Assembly: GCA_002269645.1 (NCBI GenBank)
Contig: NIVC01002976.1
Coordinates: 62,001-126,000, forward strand
Direction: 5' to 3'
Length of the DNA: 64,000 bases
Source of the DNA: Macrostomum lignano
Taxonomy: Eukaryota
Shown: positions 40,801-52,924 of the stretch, piece after piece
Position numbering within the stretch: the stretch's first letter is position 1
How the letters are laid out: each line of letters opens with the position of its first letter
The notes under the pieces: generated by a model
The model's input: only the letters and a program-made list of their open reading frames with translations
What the model was told of the DNA's origin: nothing
The model's database searches: none
Translations under genes and position numbers: made by a program

Positions 40801-41662
40801 GGCCCTGACTTTTTCTGAAACTTTAGCTATATAATCAGGTATTATGTAAACTGGCTGTTCATTTGAATATTTAGTTTAAACAGCCACTTGAAATTGACAA
40901 CTCACCGACATTCCTTCGGTGGACAATCACAGAGCGCACTGAAACACATCGAGCAAGTTTCACAAGCAGCCACTGGTAGCCAGAAGCATCTGGAGTGTTG
41001 CTGGAGTGAAAATAGTCCCATTGCCATGGTCTGGCTGATGAGTCACGGAAGCAGCCTTGTCTGTTGTATGCGGAAGATTGCCAGGCGTCAGAAATCTCCT
41101 TGGCTGTTATGTTGACGCCAACGCCTGCAGCATTGTTAGGTGAGTTGTGATGACCTTGGATTTCTTGATGGCGAAGTCGTTCTTCCCTATCGCTGCATAA
41201 TGGCCCCGAGAGTCTCTTCGATGTCAGTCTCGCCCTACCATGTCCCCGACTCGCCCTTTCATATCCTCGACTCGCCCTTCCATATCCTGACTCGCCCTTC
41301 CATATCCCCGACTCGCTCTTCCAAATCCCGGACTCGCCCTTCCATATCCCCGACTCGCTCTTCCACATCCCGACTCGCCCTTCCATAACCCTGACTCGCC
41401 CTTCCATATTCCCGACTCGCCCTTCCATATCCCCGACTCGCCCTTCCATATCCCCGACTCGCCCTTCCATATCCCCGACTCGCTCTTCCAAATCCCGGAC
41501 TCGCCCTTCCACATCCCGGCGTCACCCTTAAATATCTGTTGTGCTGGTCAATACGAAATTCTGGTCTCAAGTTAAGCAATCATATGTTGATAAGTACTCA
41601 CAGTATCCAACGCAGCACAAGGTGCATATGAAGAAAATTACCAGGTTCACAGAGAAATCCAT
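34869..41662 (-). CDS. Receptor 2: signal peptide + F-type-lectin/discoidin-like domain + 8 Ig-like domains + TM + tail TVYYEADN
   Basis: Checked exons: 41662-41602 (MDFSVNLVIFFICTLCCVGY), 41124-40906, 40814-40621, 40550-40254, 35174-34987 (TM VAVVCCSLAVVAVATVAAVL) and 34895-34869. The intervening Ig exons carry GGRPPVRNVTCW, GGNPKPSHRCW and GEGNPKPVLKC. Splice phases are consistent where checked. Confidence 0.82.
36084..36356 (-). mobile_element. CORE-like tRNA SINE (intronic)
   Basis: Reverse complement of the 21961-22230 element. Duplicate at 46709-46982. Confidence 0.8.
37488..37723 (-). mobile_element. CORE-like tRNA SINE (intronic)
   Basis: Same family, with a TTA-rich tail. Duplicate at 48121-48355. 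Confidence 0.8.
39692..39992. repeat. ~39-bp intronic minisatellite TTCCCCAGAACACAAACAGCTCGCTACTTCCCCAAAA
   Basis: About 7 tandem units. Confidence 0.9.
41229..41520. repeat. 21-bp minisatellite CCCGACTCGCCCTTCCATATC in intron 1 of receptor 2
   Basis: About 13 units, lying between exons 41602 and 41124. Confidence 0.88.
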
Positions 41663-42079
41663 TCTGACTTCTCGTTGTGTATCGGATTTTTTGCACTGGG
41701 TTTCTGCTATGTGGCTACGCTGTAATCGCTTCAGTCTCAAAAAACTTTTTTCAAAAAAATGGGACTTTGGAATGCTTTGAAAATACGGCAATACACTTTA
41801 CGATGCTGCGACGTAAATCGTTATTTTTCAGACATAGTTGTACGTGCTATTAATTAGTTTTTACAGTTTGGTTGAATTTTACTTGTCATGGAACTCTGCT
41901 TACTCTCACATTTGCGCAGCACTGTACGCTCTCACTTTTCATTGGTTAAACTTGAAAAAGATGTGTAAAATTCTGCCAATTGCTTTTTGCAGCGATGTTC
42001 AAGTATGACAAATTTGCCTCAACAGCTCAGAGACGAAGACAAAGACACCAGCAGATATAAGTTCGCACTCTTTTACTTT

Positions 42080-42372
42080 AATTTGACTCAGCTGCAGGGT
42101 CTCCGTCGGTCCGGATGCAGCAAGGAGGCTTTGGCGTCCATGCCGATAACCCCTGCCAACCACGGACAGCTGGTGCTGCGGTGTCGCGCAGGAAGACCCT
42201 GCATGGTCGGTGTCCCCTCCGGAGAGACCAGGAGGTGGATGGTCGATCGCCCGGTAGCCCTTAGGTAGCGGACGAGCTGGCAGAGATTCTCGGGCCTGAA
42301 AACTTCGGAGAGGTCCGGGTTTGGACCGAGGTAGGTGAGCCTGTCCTTGGAGGGAACAAAACAGACAGTTCA
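42080..42372 (-). mobile_element. Possible 3' fragment of a non-LTR retrotransposon at the duplication breakpoint
   Basis: A minus frame reads [32 protein letters not shown], reminiscent of LINE ORF2 C-termini. Weak evidence. Confidence 0.3.
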
Positions 42373-42587
42373 GCCAATGCCACACTTGTTGTGAGTATTT
42401 ACATATTTATGCTTGTGAAATAAATAGATAACAATATGAAAATGAAACTTCGAATATGTGATGAAAAAAAATGATTTTTACTATCTTAGTTTTAAACGCC
42501 AGTTGTTATAGACCATGTCACTCTTTAATTTTGATGAGTGCCTACTCCTAGTAGTCTATGGCAGCTCTGTCTGCTTTTGAATTCCAG

Positions 42588-42850
42588 CGAGTCCCAGCGC
42601 TGTCCAGTTGGCGGCAGTCGGTGGCGGCTTGGCTACCGTGGCTGCCGCAGTCTGCGCTCTGGTAGCCGCGGCTGTGTGGAGACGAAGGCGCTCCGCCAAC
42701 GAAACAGGCGCTGCCGATGAAAGGGAAGTTACGAAGGTGAGTTTGTCGTTAATACAAGAGTTTCTAAATCTGGTCTGTGGCTTCCATTTTTGTTTAGCGA
42801 TAATCGGTTTTTTATTACAATTGCAGAAGTACAAATATGAGGATGCCTGA
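42588..42850 (+). pseudogene. Orphan duplicated TM and tail exons of receptor 1 (42588-42736, 42827-42850)
   Basis: Near-identical to 27896-28158, but homology stops at ~42374 and no Ig exons are seen upstream. Confidence 0.7.
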
Positions 42851-43105
42851 CACGAAATTGATTCGAGACTTCATGAAGCTTAAATTGAAACTGGACATTG
42901 TTGATGCCTTATCGAGGAAAACGCTTGCAATATGTCGCATATTCTGAATATTTAATAACACTTTTTAAGAGGCTTGTAAACTCAAACTGAAGCTTAGTGA
43001 TCCAGGCTAAATTCTCTTCATTTTTAAACCGCCTCAAACACTTTTACTCATGTCTATCTACTCGTATTACTTTCCTACCTTATTTATTCATGTACCAGCT
43101 ACATC

Positions 43106-43990
43106 AGAGGTCGGCAATTTTTTTTACATCAAGAGCCAGATATTAAATCCAGCTCATGGCTTCGGGCCAGATGAGAGAGGAAAGGGGAGAGAATACAAAA
43201 TTTGAAATGAGAGGGGAGAGGAAGGGCGAGAGATGGGTTGAGAGAAAAGATACGATAGAGGATAAGAGGAGAAAAGATTGAAGAGAGAGAAGAGAATAGG
43301 AGAATAGAGAGGAGATAAGAGAAGGGGAGAAGGAGAGGGCAGAAGGAAGAGGAGAGAAGAGAGGGGAGAAGAGACGGGGGAGAAGAGAGGGGAGAGAAAA
43401 GAGAGGTGAGAAGAGAGGGGAGAAGAGAGGGGAGAAGAGAGGAGAGAGAAGAGAAGGAGAGAAGAGAGAGGAGAAGAGATGGGAGAAGAGAGAGTAGAGA
43501 AGAGAGGAGAGAGAAGAGAAGGAGAGAAGAGAGAGGAGAAGAGATGCGAGAAGAGAGAGTAGAGAAGAGAGAGGAGAAGAGAGGGGAGAGAAGAGAGAGG
43601 AGAGAATAGAGGGGAGGAGAGATGAGAGAGAAGAGAGAGATGCGAAGAGAGGGGAGAGAAGAGAGAGCAGAGAAGAGAGAGGAGAGAAGAGAGAGGAGAG
43701 AAGAGAAGGGAGAAGAGAAAGAGAGCAGAGAAGAGAGGGGAGAGAAGAGAAGGGAAAAGAGAAAGAGAGCTGAGAAGAGAGGGGAGAGAAGAGAAGGGAG
43801 AAGAGAAAGAGAGCAGAGAAGAGAGGGGAGAGAAGAGAAGGGAGAAGAGAAAGAGAGCTGAGAAGAGAGGGGAGAGAAGAGAAGGGAGAAGAGAAAGACA
43901 GCTGAGAAGAGAGAGAAAGAGGATTGCTATTGTGAAGTCCGGGGGCCGGATCGAGAAGCTTCGCCCTCGGGCCGGAGTTTGCAGACCCCT
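43106..43990. mobile_element. GA-rich hAT-like MITE, duplicate of 28419-28985
   Basis: CAGAGGTCGGCAATT...GGAGTTTGCAGACCCCTG with a longer GA array. Confidence 0.65.
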
Positions 43991-45493
43991 GATTCATACG
44001 GATCGCTCCGAGTTGAAGATATTTCTGGCTTTGTGTCTTTTATGCCATATTTAATTAACTGAATTCCTGTTTCGAATTAAAATCTATCCATACTCGTCAA
44101 AGTACTTGGAGTTTGACCGAAAGTATTCGACTGCATTGAAACAACATTTAGTAAGCTGTACCTGCTTTACAATGAATGTTTGTAGAATATAGGCTAAATT
44201 GGCTACTTTCAATGGCGTGTTTAGCGAATTATTGAAATTATTGAAAAAAATTTTGCTAGACTGTCGACAGAACTTGAAGTCGATAAACAAATACTCGAAT
44301 TCGCAAAGTAAAATGCAGATAGCAAGACTTCGCAAAGATGGAAAATTTTGATTTATAAAATATTAAAAAGGGCCTATTAGATATGTATATAGTTATGTAT
44401 TGCTACATCAATTTTCTTTTTAATTTCTCCTGACGATACTGAGTTCCTTATCATCATTGAACGATATGTTAGCTAATTTTATTATTAATAAACTTGAGGA
44501 TATGAAAGTTATTTTGAAAGTCATGTAGCCTATCGAAAGCTTACTTGACGTTTATATAACCGAACTTATCATTAAATTAGCATAATTAGATTATGCTGAC
44601 TATTCAAATACATTCAGTTGTCATATTTTGATGCAGATCAGGACTGATTTGGCAGGAAATAGCAGAACTTCGCAATATTAATCTAACGGAAGACCCAATT
44701 TTTATAAACAAAAACTTTCCCACCACAGCGAATAGTTGTTAGTTGGAAATACAAATGTTAAAATTCCGAGCTGTGGTTGGAAACTCTGTGGTTAAATAGA
44801 TCTGCTAACTTATCTTTAGCTGCCTTCGACGTGTATTGGAATTTACAAATTTATACTCCAAATAATAATTAAATTGTTGATTTTTCGTACATTTTGAATT
44901 ATATTATATTTGTAGTTTACCAATCAAAAAGCATATAGGATTCGCAAGGATCCAACACTTTTTAATACTCGTAGCTTCGCTTATAATAACTAAAGCTATT
45001 TAATCAGTTCATAATAACTAGACAGTTGCTGCAACACAGTAACTCTGAAAAGTAATGTTTTAATTAATTGGTTTAATGATTTACATTAGCAGTTGACAAA
45101 CTTTTTACCTCAAATGCCAAAGGAGAGGAGAGAAAGGAGAGGCGAGAAGGGAGAGGAGAGAAGGGAGAGGAGAGAAAGGAGAGGAGAGAAGAGAGAATAG
45201 AGCAGAGAAGAGACACAAACCTTATGCGGGCCGGATTGCTATTGTGAAGTTTTTAAGGACCCGAGGGCCGGATGGAAAGGCTTGACGAGCCGGAGTTAGC
45301 CAACCTCTGGTTAATCATATTTTAATGATTTACGTGATTTAATGTTTTTGCGTGCTAAACATTCAGATTCTGATTAAACAAAAACAATTCTGAAATCACA
45401 AGAATAAATAAAATATAAATATTAACATGCTAAAACAGAAGAGTTCAGTTTTTATTGTCAGAGTTTAGACACAGAAGCCAGTTTTTAAGCCAT

Positions 45494-48400
45494 TCAGTTG
45501 TCCGCTTCGTAGTACACAGTCTGTAAGAAAAACATTTGCTGGATGTACTTTTAGCATTAGCGAAATTCCGTGAATGAAGTATTGAAGTTACAAAGAAGCT
45601 GTTCAACTCACGCTAGGGTCGTTCGGTTTCCCAGCGGCCTGCAGCTCGACACCTCCTCCTCGACCGCTAGCGGCAGCTCGAGTCCTCTTGAGCACAGCAG
45701 CAACAGTTGCCACGGCAACTACGGCTAGTGAGCAGCAGAGTACAGCAACTGTCGAAGCCGGCGTGACAGTTATTGGCCATCTATATACTGCAGCTTTTGC
45801 TGAAAGGAGAAATTGTGTTTTTGGGATTTGGGATGGGATCAATCTCAAACCGACCCAGAAACTTACCGAAAGCATCCTGAAATGTTCTTTTTATCGTTAG
45901 AGCTGGGAATGGGTTGAGAACATCTGAGTAAGGCTGGCTGAGCTTGCAAGTGACCTCAACCTCAGTTTGCCGCTCGGAAAACCGATGAATGAGTCGCACT
46001 CTCCGAATCCAGCCCCGGTTGCTGTCTGTGCGATAGGGCTCAGGAATTACCTGTCAGTCAGAATGAATAAAAGTGAAGAGCATTAGAATCTGTGGGCCAT
46101 GCAGAGTACGAGCTATCAATAAAAAATGCAGAGTTCAAACCGTAAGTCTCTCGCCGTCTGATCTGCCGGAGTTCAGGGTGCACTTCAGAACAGGTTTTGG
46201 ATTACCTTCGCCCGTTTCCACAGTCAGGTTGAGGTCGGACCCGTTCACCAACTGGCCTGACCAGCTGATCCAGTTCGATGGGACTGCGGGAGGATCAGAC
46301 GTTTGAGTCGGTAGTGCTTAGAAGTCTAATGGCATTAGATACTTGTAGATCAACTTATATTCAAGTGAAGAGCGCTCACAGATCACAGAAATATTCTTCC
46401 GGAAAACTCGATCTTGCAGTCCATCTTGCTTGACTCTGCAGACTACATGGCCGCCGTTCATCCACTTTTCAACCTTCATGCCGAAGCTGGTCTCGAGCTG
46501 GTTCGCCTCTTTGACTTGCTTTACAAAACTGTCCAAGCTCACTACGAGACCATCGGCTGTCTGCCGCCAGCACCGGTGACTGGGCTTCGGGTTGCCACCC
46601 AGGGACTTCACGGAGACTGAGAGGTGCTCACCCTCTCTCAGTAGTTGCAGCCGAGTAGCAGTCCATTGAGTTTTTGCTTCATCTGAAAGAAATGAGCAGC
46701 CTTAATTGGCAGATGTGCAACCGACAGCTCAACCGCAGCTATTGCGCGGCGCATCTGAAGGCTGCGTACGGCTGTTCAGTCCAAGGACTGGGGGGGGGGT
46801 CCGCCACACACACCCTCAATTACCTCAGCTAATGCCGGCACCCATTTTACAGCTGGGTGAACTGAAGCAATGCAGAGTTAAGTGTCTTGCTCAAAGACAA
46901 AAATTTTTTCTAGTGGATCGAGGATCGAACCCCCGACCTTACAGTCGTGAGTCCGACGCTCCAAACGCTAGGCTACAACCCCATTTGACTTTATACTGTG
47001 TACACCCCTAAAGAAGTACTATAGACATGTTCCGTTTAATAGTTAAACTCAATAAAAATTCGGAAAACAAAATTTAAAAACTCACACAGCACATTGAGCG
47101 TCTCACTGCTCACTAGTAAATTAAAAACAGTGAAACCGTTCGGAGCGATTTGGACAATTTGACATTTGATCCGCATTCCATTGTCACTGGCAGCAGGTGT
47201 GAATCTCCAAGTCGATGAGTTGTTGTTGGAAGCTGGGATCTAAAAGTTTTGATTTATTGCATTACTTTTACGATTATCTGCTCCGATCATTCTGTTACAA
47301 TTTCGACGTACCGCTTGTTGAAGCGTCCTCTCAGCCAGGTGACAAAAGTGTCGAGCTGGTGGATTTCCTGAATCCGATGTCTGCAGGGTGAAACTCACAG
47401 CAGATCCGCTCAGAATTCGAGCTGAGGATAAACTGATCGATGCGTTTCGGATCGCATCTGCGAGGGTTCAAAATTATTTTAACAGCTTATGATAATGTAG
47501 GCTTAAAACTTAAGATAAATGTGCAACTTACAGAACACATCAAGAGTCTTGTTTATCCACTGCGCCAACTTGTCATCCTGCTCAAATGCACAGCTGAGAG
47601 TCCTTCTATTGTACTTGCGTGTTATCGCATTCAGCATGAATTGCTTTTCAAACCGGTCCGGTGCTAGAGACGCATTAGATGGTGCAGTTTCCTACCATTG
47701 GAGAAGTTTTCGTGAATAATGAGGTTACAGTAAACCAAAACATACTTTAATAACAGCTGGGTAAAGGCAAACCTGAAGCAGGGTTCCTCCAGCCCAGCAG
47801 GTGACATTTCTCACGGGTGGTTTGCCACCGACTGACACCGCTGTGATGGTTAAATTGTCGCCTTCAGTAATGAATGCACTGGGACTGAGAGTCAGTGAGT
47901 TGTTGGCTAAGACTGAAAATTGGAATGAAGGTCTCAGAATTTTATGCTTAATGTCATCGATTGGTAATTTTTGCGGCCAATATTTCTGTAGAAATTTTCT
48001 TTGTTATAAGGCTGATGAAAGAGGGTCAAATCCGGATCAATCACTTATCAGTAATCGATTACCAATGTCAATTACGCGAGTAGTTTAGATTACTAATAAT
48101 AATGCAATATAATAATAAGAAGTGCAACCGACAGCTCAGCTGCAGCCATTGCGCGGCGCATCTGAAGGCTGCTTACGGCTGTCCAGTCCAAGGACTGGGG
48201 GGGGGGTCGCCACACACACCCTCAGTTACCCCATCTGGGTGAACTGAAGCAATGCAGAGTTTGCACAAGGACACAAATTGTTCCTAGTCGGTAGAGAATC
48301 GAACCCCCAACCTTTCAGTCGTGATTCCGACGCTCTAACCACTAGGATATAACCTCCTCTCAAATTACAAAAGAAAAATTTGCGAAAGGCTTATACTATG

Positions 48401-51400
48401 TATGATACTCATAGATATCGCAGGCTTAGAAATAATACTTACATTAACCATAGATTTAACATACAAGTAGATCGTCTTTTGCCAAAATCAAAAAAACTTA
48501 CGAAAAAGTTCGACTCGGCCGCTGCTAAAAGTCTGATTGAATAAAGTCGAACCATCTTTGGCAGTTTGAACGATTTTGCAGTAGACTTTCTGTCCAGAGT
48601 CATCGGTAGGGAAGTTCCACGTCCAGAGTGATGACGCATTCCGACATGTCGAAGGCTGAAACCCGTTTTGGATGCTGAGAGCGAAAATAAGAAAGGTACA
48701 GCACTGTTAAAATGGTTTTCCCTACCTTTAAAAGATTGAGAATCCTTCCAGAAGCAGAGCAGCTGTGCAGAGCCGGAGGATTACCGCAGTCAGAGACGAG
48801 CAGCAGAATTTCAGCTGGAGAATTCGCTCGGGTCTGCGGTGCGGCCAGCCTGATGGAGGCACTCCGCACTGGGTCTGCAAGGTTTTTAAATATTTTTCAC
48901 TCCAATTCCATTGCCCTGTTTTTGAGACATTTATCCCACTCAACTTCCGCCTGAAGAAACTCATTGCCAATGTACTCGTAGTTTTTACGCGTATATTTTT
49001 ACTACTTGCAATTAGCACTAGAATTCGGCATTCTTCAATTAAATTTTTGATAGTCATTGTGTGAAAAATTCAACTTTATCCTTACAAAAAACGGTGATGT
49101 TTTGCCGAAAATTGCTGCTCAAATTTTCGAGGCCGGTCTGAGAGACGCTGCACGCCACTGAGCCGCCGTCCATCCGCCTTGTGGAGTTCGCGCTGAAGTT
49201 GGTGCTCTTCGCTCTGCTGCCTGTCTGATCCGACTGAGTTCCATCAGTGCTGCTCATGCTTATATTCCCACCCTGAGCTGTCCGCAGCCAGCACCGGTGA
49301 CTGGGCTCAGGGTTGCCACCGACTGACCGAACTGAGACTGACACGGGCTCGCCCTCCTTCATCACCAGAGGCTGAGTTGCATTCCATGAGTTCCTTGACG
49401 CATCTGTTGTACAAATCAATTCATTTGAATAGCGTTCCATTCACTCAGAATCATAACAATGGGAAACAAAAACGACTCAAACTCACAGAGCACATCGAGT
49501 TTGTCACTGACTACTGACTTGCGAAACAAAACTGTGCTGCTTTCAGTCATCTGCAAAAGATCACACTGGATTTGCTGTCCGTTGTCTCCGGCCAGAGCGT
49601 TCAGTGTCCATAGAGATGTAGCATTTGATGCAGATTGAGGCTGGAATCAGTTTAGGGAACGAGGTTATTGTCATGTATCACCTGTCAGTCAAATACTACA
49701 AACTACAGCCTTACCATAATCTGTGTGAGATTCCTTCCGGAAGCAGAGCAGCTGTGCAGAGCCGGAGGATTGCCGCGGTCAGAGGCGAGCAGCAGAATTT
49801 GAGCTGGGGAATTCGCTCGGATCTGCGGTGCGGCCAGCCTGATGGAGGCGCTCCGCACGGGGTCTGCGGTGTTTGCATATGCAGTTGGCTATTATGTACA
49901 AATTGTGTACCAACTGAAAAAACTATATATGTGAAGCCACATGCTGTTGCAAATAATGATAGTCAGCTATCCATCACGTGACTCACACAGAGCAGCTGGC
50001 AGCGGATGCCGGGCCCAGGTCTCGATCAGTCCCGACTGATTCACCAGACACGCAACGGATGCGCTGCTGCCCCACCGTCTGCTCACAGTTACTGAGAATG
50101 TGCTGCTCGAGTTTGTGCTCTGGAATGAGTTCATTTCACACCATGCTTTCTGCAGGTCTCGGCGGCAAAACTGTAAAATACTCACCGAGACAATCCGCAG
50201 TGTCGAGTTCGGGACTCCCTCCGACACCAGAAAGCAGCTATGACTGGTTGTCACCCAGTTTCCTTGAGATGAGTCAGCTGTCAGATTGACAGTCGCTCCA
50301 TCTATCCAGCTGGAGTCTGGGGGAAGCAGAAACCGAGTGCTGCAGGCCTCTGAAACGGTTCGAGTCGGAAGTGCTAAGGCGATTGCTGCGGTGAGAGCCA
50401 GCAGTGAGAACTCACCGAGTAGCTTAGGCAGGCGCAGTGTTACTGGTGCTATATTTGTGCTGTCACTGCATTTTATGCTGCAAGATATGTTTCCATTCTT
50501 ATATTCTGATTGCAGTTTCACCTCAAAGTACGACTTTGCACCGATACTTCTAGTACTGAACTTCTGTGTTTCACTCTAAAAGCATGCATGAAAGTTCACA
50601 AAAAATGTGAATGCGCATGATATTGAGTCGAAAATACAGCGCTTTTATTCTTACACTGAAAGTCGAATTCAGTCTTTTTATTGAGATCGTTTTCGACTTT
50701 TTTCGTCTTGATGTACTGCCATAATTTCTCGGATCATATGTAAGATAGCAGTCGTACTCTGTTGCAGAAACCAAGCCATCCGTGCTGAGAGAGAACACTG
50801 CTGTCCTGTTCACCACCCAGTGCTTGGTGATGCTCAGATCAAGACTTGGAGCTCCTGAAATTCAAGCTGAAAGCTTAGAAAAAGAAAAAAGAAATGGTGA
50901 CTTCAATTTCACGTTAAAGTTGGTGAATGACCAACTGGAAATGAGAAGGATTGATGATACAGTTCTACATAATCGGCAGTTCATTTATTGAAAGATACAG
51001 CGCGAGAAAAACATGAGATACTGAAATTTATTTACTCAATCACAGCTTCACCGAAATTGCCATTAAGTAATGTTACAATGGCGAAGCAGGTGTTTGGAAA
51101 CCGTCTCAAAACTCTTTCAAGCTCACCCTTTGCTACACATTGGTTTATCATCAGTTCTTGCGAAGTCTGCGCGAGACTTCCGTCAGTGCAGCTCTGTCGG
51201 CACTGCAGATTCGCTTCGTGAAATTCCGGTGTCACGTTAATCTCTTTCAAAATGAGGAAACTGGAAGTTTTTGCCTTCTGCAAAATTTATCGGATTCAAG
51301 TTGTAAGTTAGTAGCTAATGAATTTCAGCATTTTGTTTCCAGTTCAGCTCTCACACTGCTCAGAGCCATGACGTCACCGCTTCGCATCCGGATGCTGCAG

Positions 51401-51947
51401 TTGACTGCACCAGGTGCGGATGATGAGCTGCACGGAAGCCATGCCTTAACCATCAGTTTATCATTTTCCTTCAGTGTTAACAATTCTCTCTCAAAACATC
51501 CAACGCTGCTTTGTTTGCAAAAGTACGCTCCGTAGCAGTGAGCATTTTTGGCGTCTCGATCAGAATCATTGCTTCTTTTAATAGCCAAGCTATTTTCCTC
51601 GATCTGCAGCAGCCGGAAGTTCATGTACTTGTCAGCATTGTTGTGCACAAACTTCCTCAGCAGCACAAACTGCGGCAACTGTAATGAGATGTCAATGAGG
51701 ACATTAAAACATGCACGGGAGCTCCAATATTGAAGGACTCAGCAATTGCATACCTTTGAATAGTCTCGAACTGAGCAGGTAACTTTATATGCTAATTCTG
51801 AGTTAGTTGAGTTCTCGGTGATTCCACACAGGTGAAATTCGGTCAGGCTGTGGTTGAAACCCGCTATGCAACCTGGCGGATTCTCAGTCAGACCAGCTGG
51901 CCTCTCGTGGCTGAGCAGCACCTCGATGCCCAGGGCTCTAACTCTTT
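45494..51947 (-). CDS. Receptor 3 (paralogue of receptor 2): second half of the lectin-like domain + 10 Ig-like domains + TM + tail TVYYEADN; 5' exons not found in the window
   Basis: Exon-by-exon homology with 34869-40814. First visible exon starts at 51947 (ERVRALGIEVLL). Last exon is 45520-45494. Extra Ig exons lie at ~49080-49860. Confidence 0.8.
46709..46982 (-). mobile_element. CORE-like tRNA SINE (duplicate of 36084-36356)
   Basis: Same position relative to the flanking exon and same motifs. Confidence 0.8.
48121..48355 (-). mobile_element. CORE-like tRNA SINE (duplicate of 37488-37723)
   Basis: Same position and motifs. Confidence 0.8.
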
Positions 51948-52013
51948 CTGGGACTGGGGCTGGTTTGATAATGTGCAAGGAAAACTGTGAACTGATTATT
52001 ATCAAACATTCTT

Positions 52014-52734
52014 ATGCACAAAAACACAGTGTGCACAAACACACGGTGTGCACAAACACACGGTGTGCACAAACACACGGTGTGCACAAACACACGGTGT
52101 GCACAAACACGCGGTGTGCAAAAACACACGGTGTGCACAAACACACGGTGTGCACAAACACACGGTGTGCACAAACACACGGTGTGCACAAACACACAGT
52201 ATGCACAAACACACGGTATGCACAAACACACAGTATGCACAAACACACAGTATGCACAAACACACGGTGTGCACAAACACACGGTGTGCACAAACACACG
52301 GTGTGCACAAACACACAGTATGCACAAACACACGGTGTGCACAAACACACGGTGTGCACAAACACACGGTGTGCACAAACACACGGTGTGCACAAACACA
52401 CGGTGTGCACAAACACACGGTGTGCACAAACACACGGTGTGCACAAACACACGGTGTGCACAAACACACGGTATGCACAAACACACGGTATGCACAAACA
52501 CACGGTATGCACAAACACACGGTGTGCACAAACACACGGTATGCACAAACACACGGTATGCACAAACACGCGGTGTGCACAAACACACGGTGTGCACAAA
52601 CACACGGTGTGCACAAACACACGGTATGCACAAACACACGGTATGCACAAACACACGGTATGCACAAACACACGGTGTGCACAAACACACGGTATGCACA
52701 AACACACGGTATGCACAAACACGCGGTGTGCACA
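52014..52734. repeat. 17-bp satellite GCACAAACACACGGT(G/A)T, left of the retrotransposon
   Basis: Tandem array, interrupted at 52735. Confidence 0.98.
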
Positions 52735-52924
52735 AATGGCTAGTTTGCGCGGGCTGCGCTAACTGGCGTTTGTGTACGCTGCCCACCCCTGCCCCTCCCC
52801 GCGGCTTCCCCCCACCCCCGGTGTTGGGGGGGGGGGGTTGCGTGGCGGGGGTTTTATACCCCGCGGTTGGCTCTTTGGCCTCGCTGTCGCATTGCAATTG
52901 AAAAAATTTTTATGCTGCTGAGTC

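Noticed and set aside
41229-41520. Heptad coiled-coil MEGRVGD resembling LINE ORF1p
   Set aside because: It is a 21-bp repeat with frame breaks and stops and no flanking ORF1/ORF2 homology. It lies in a receptor intron.
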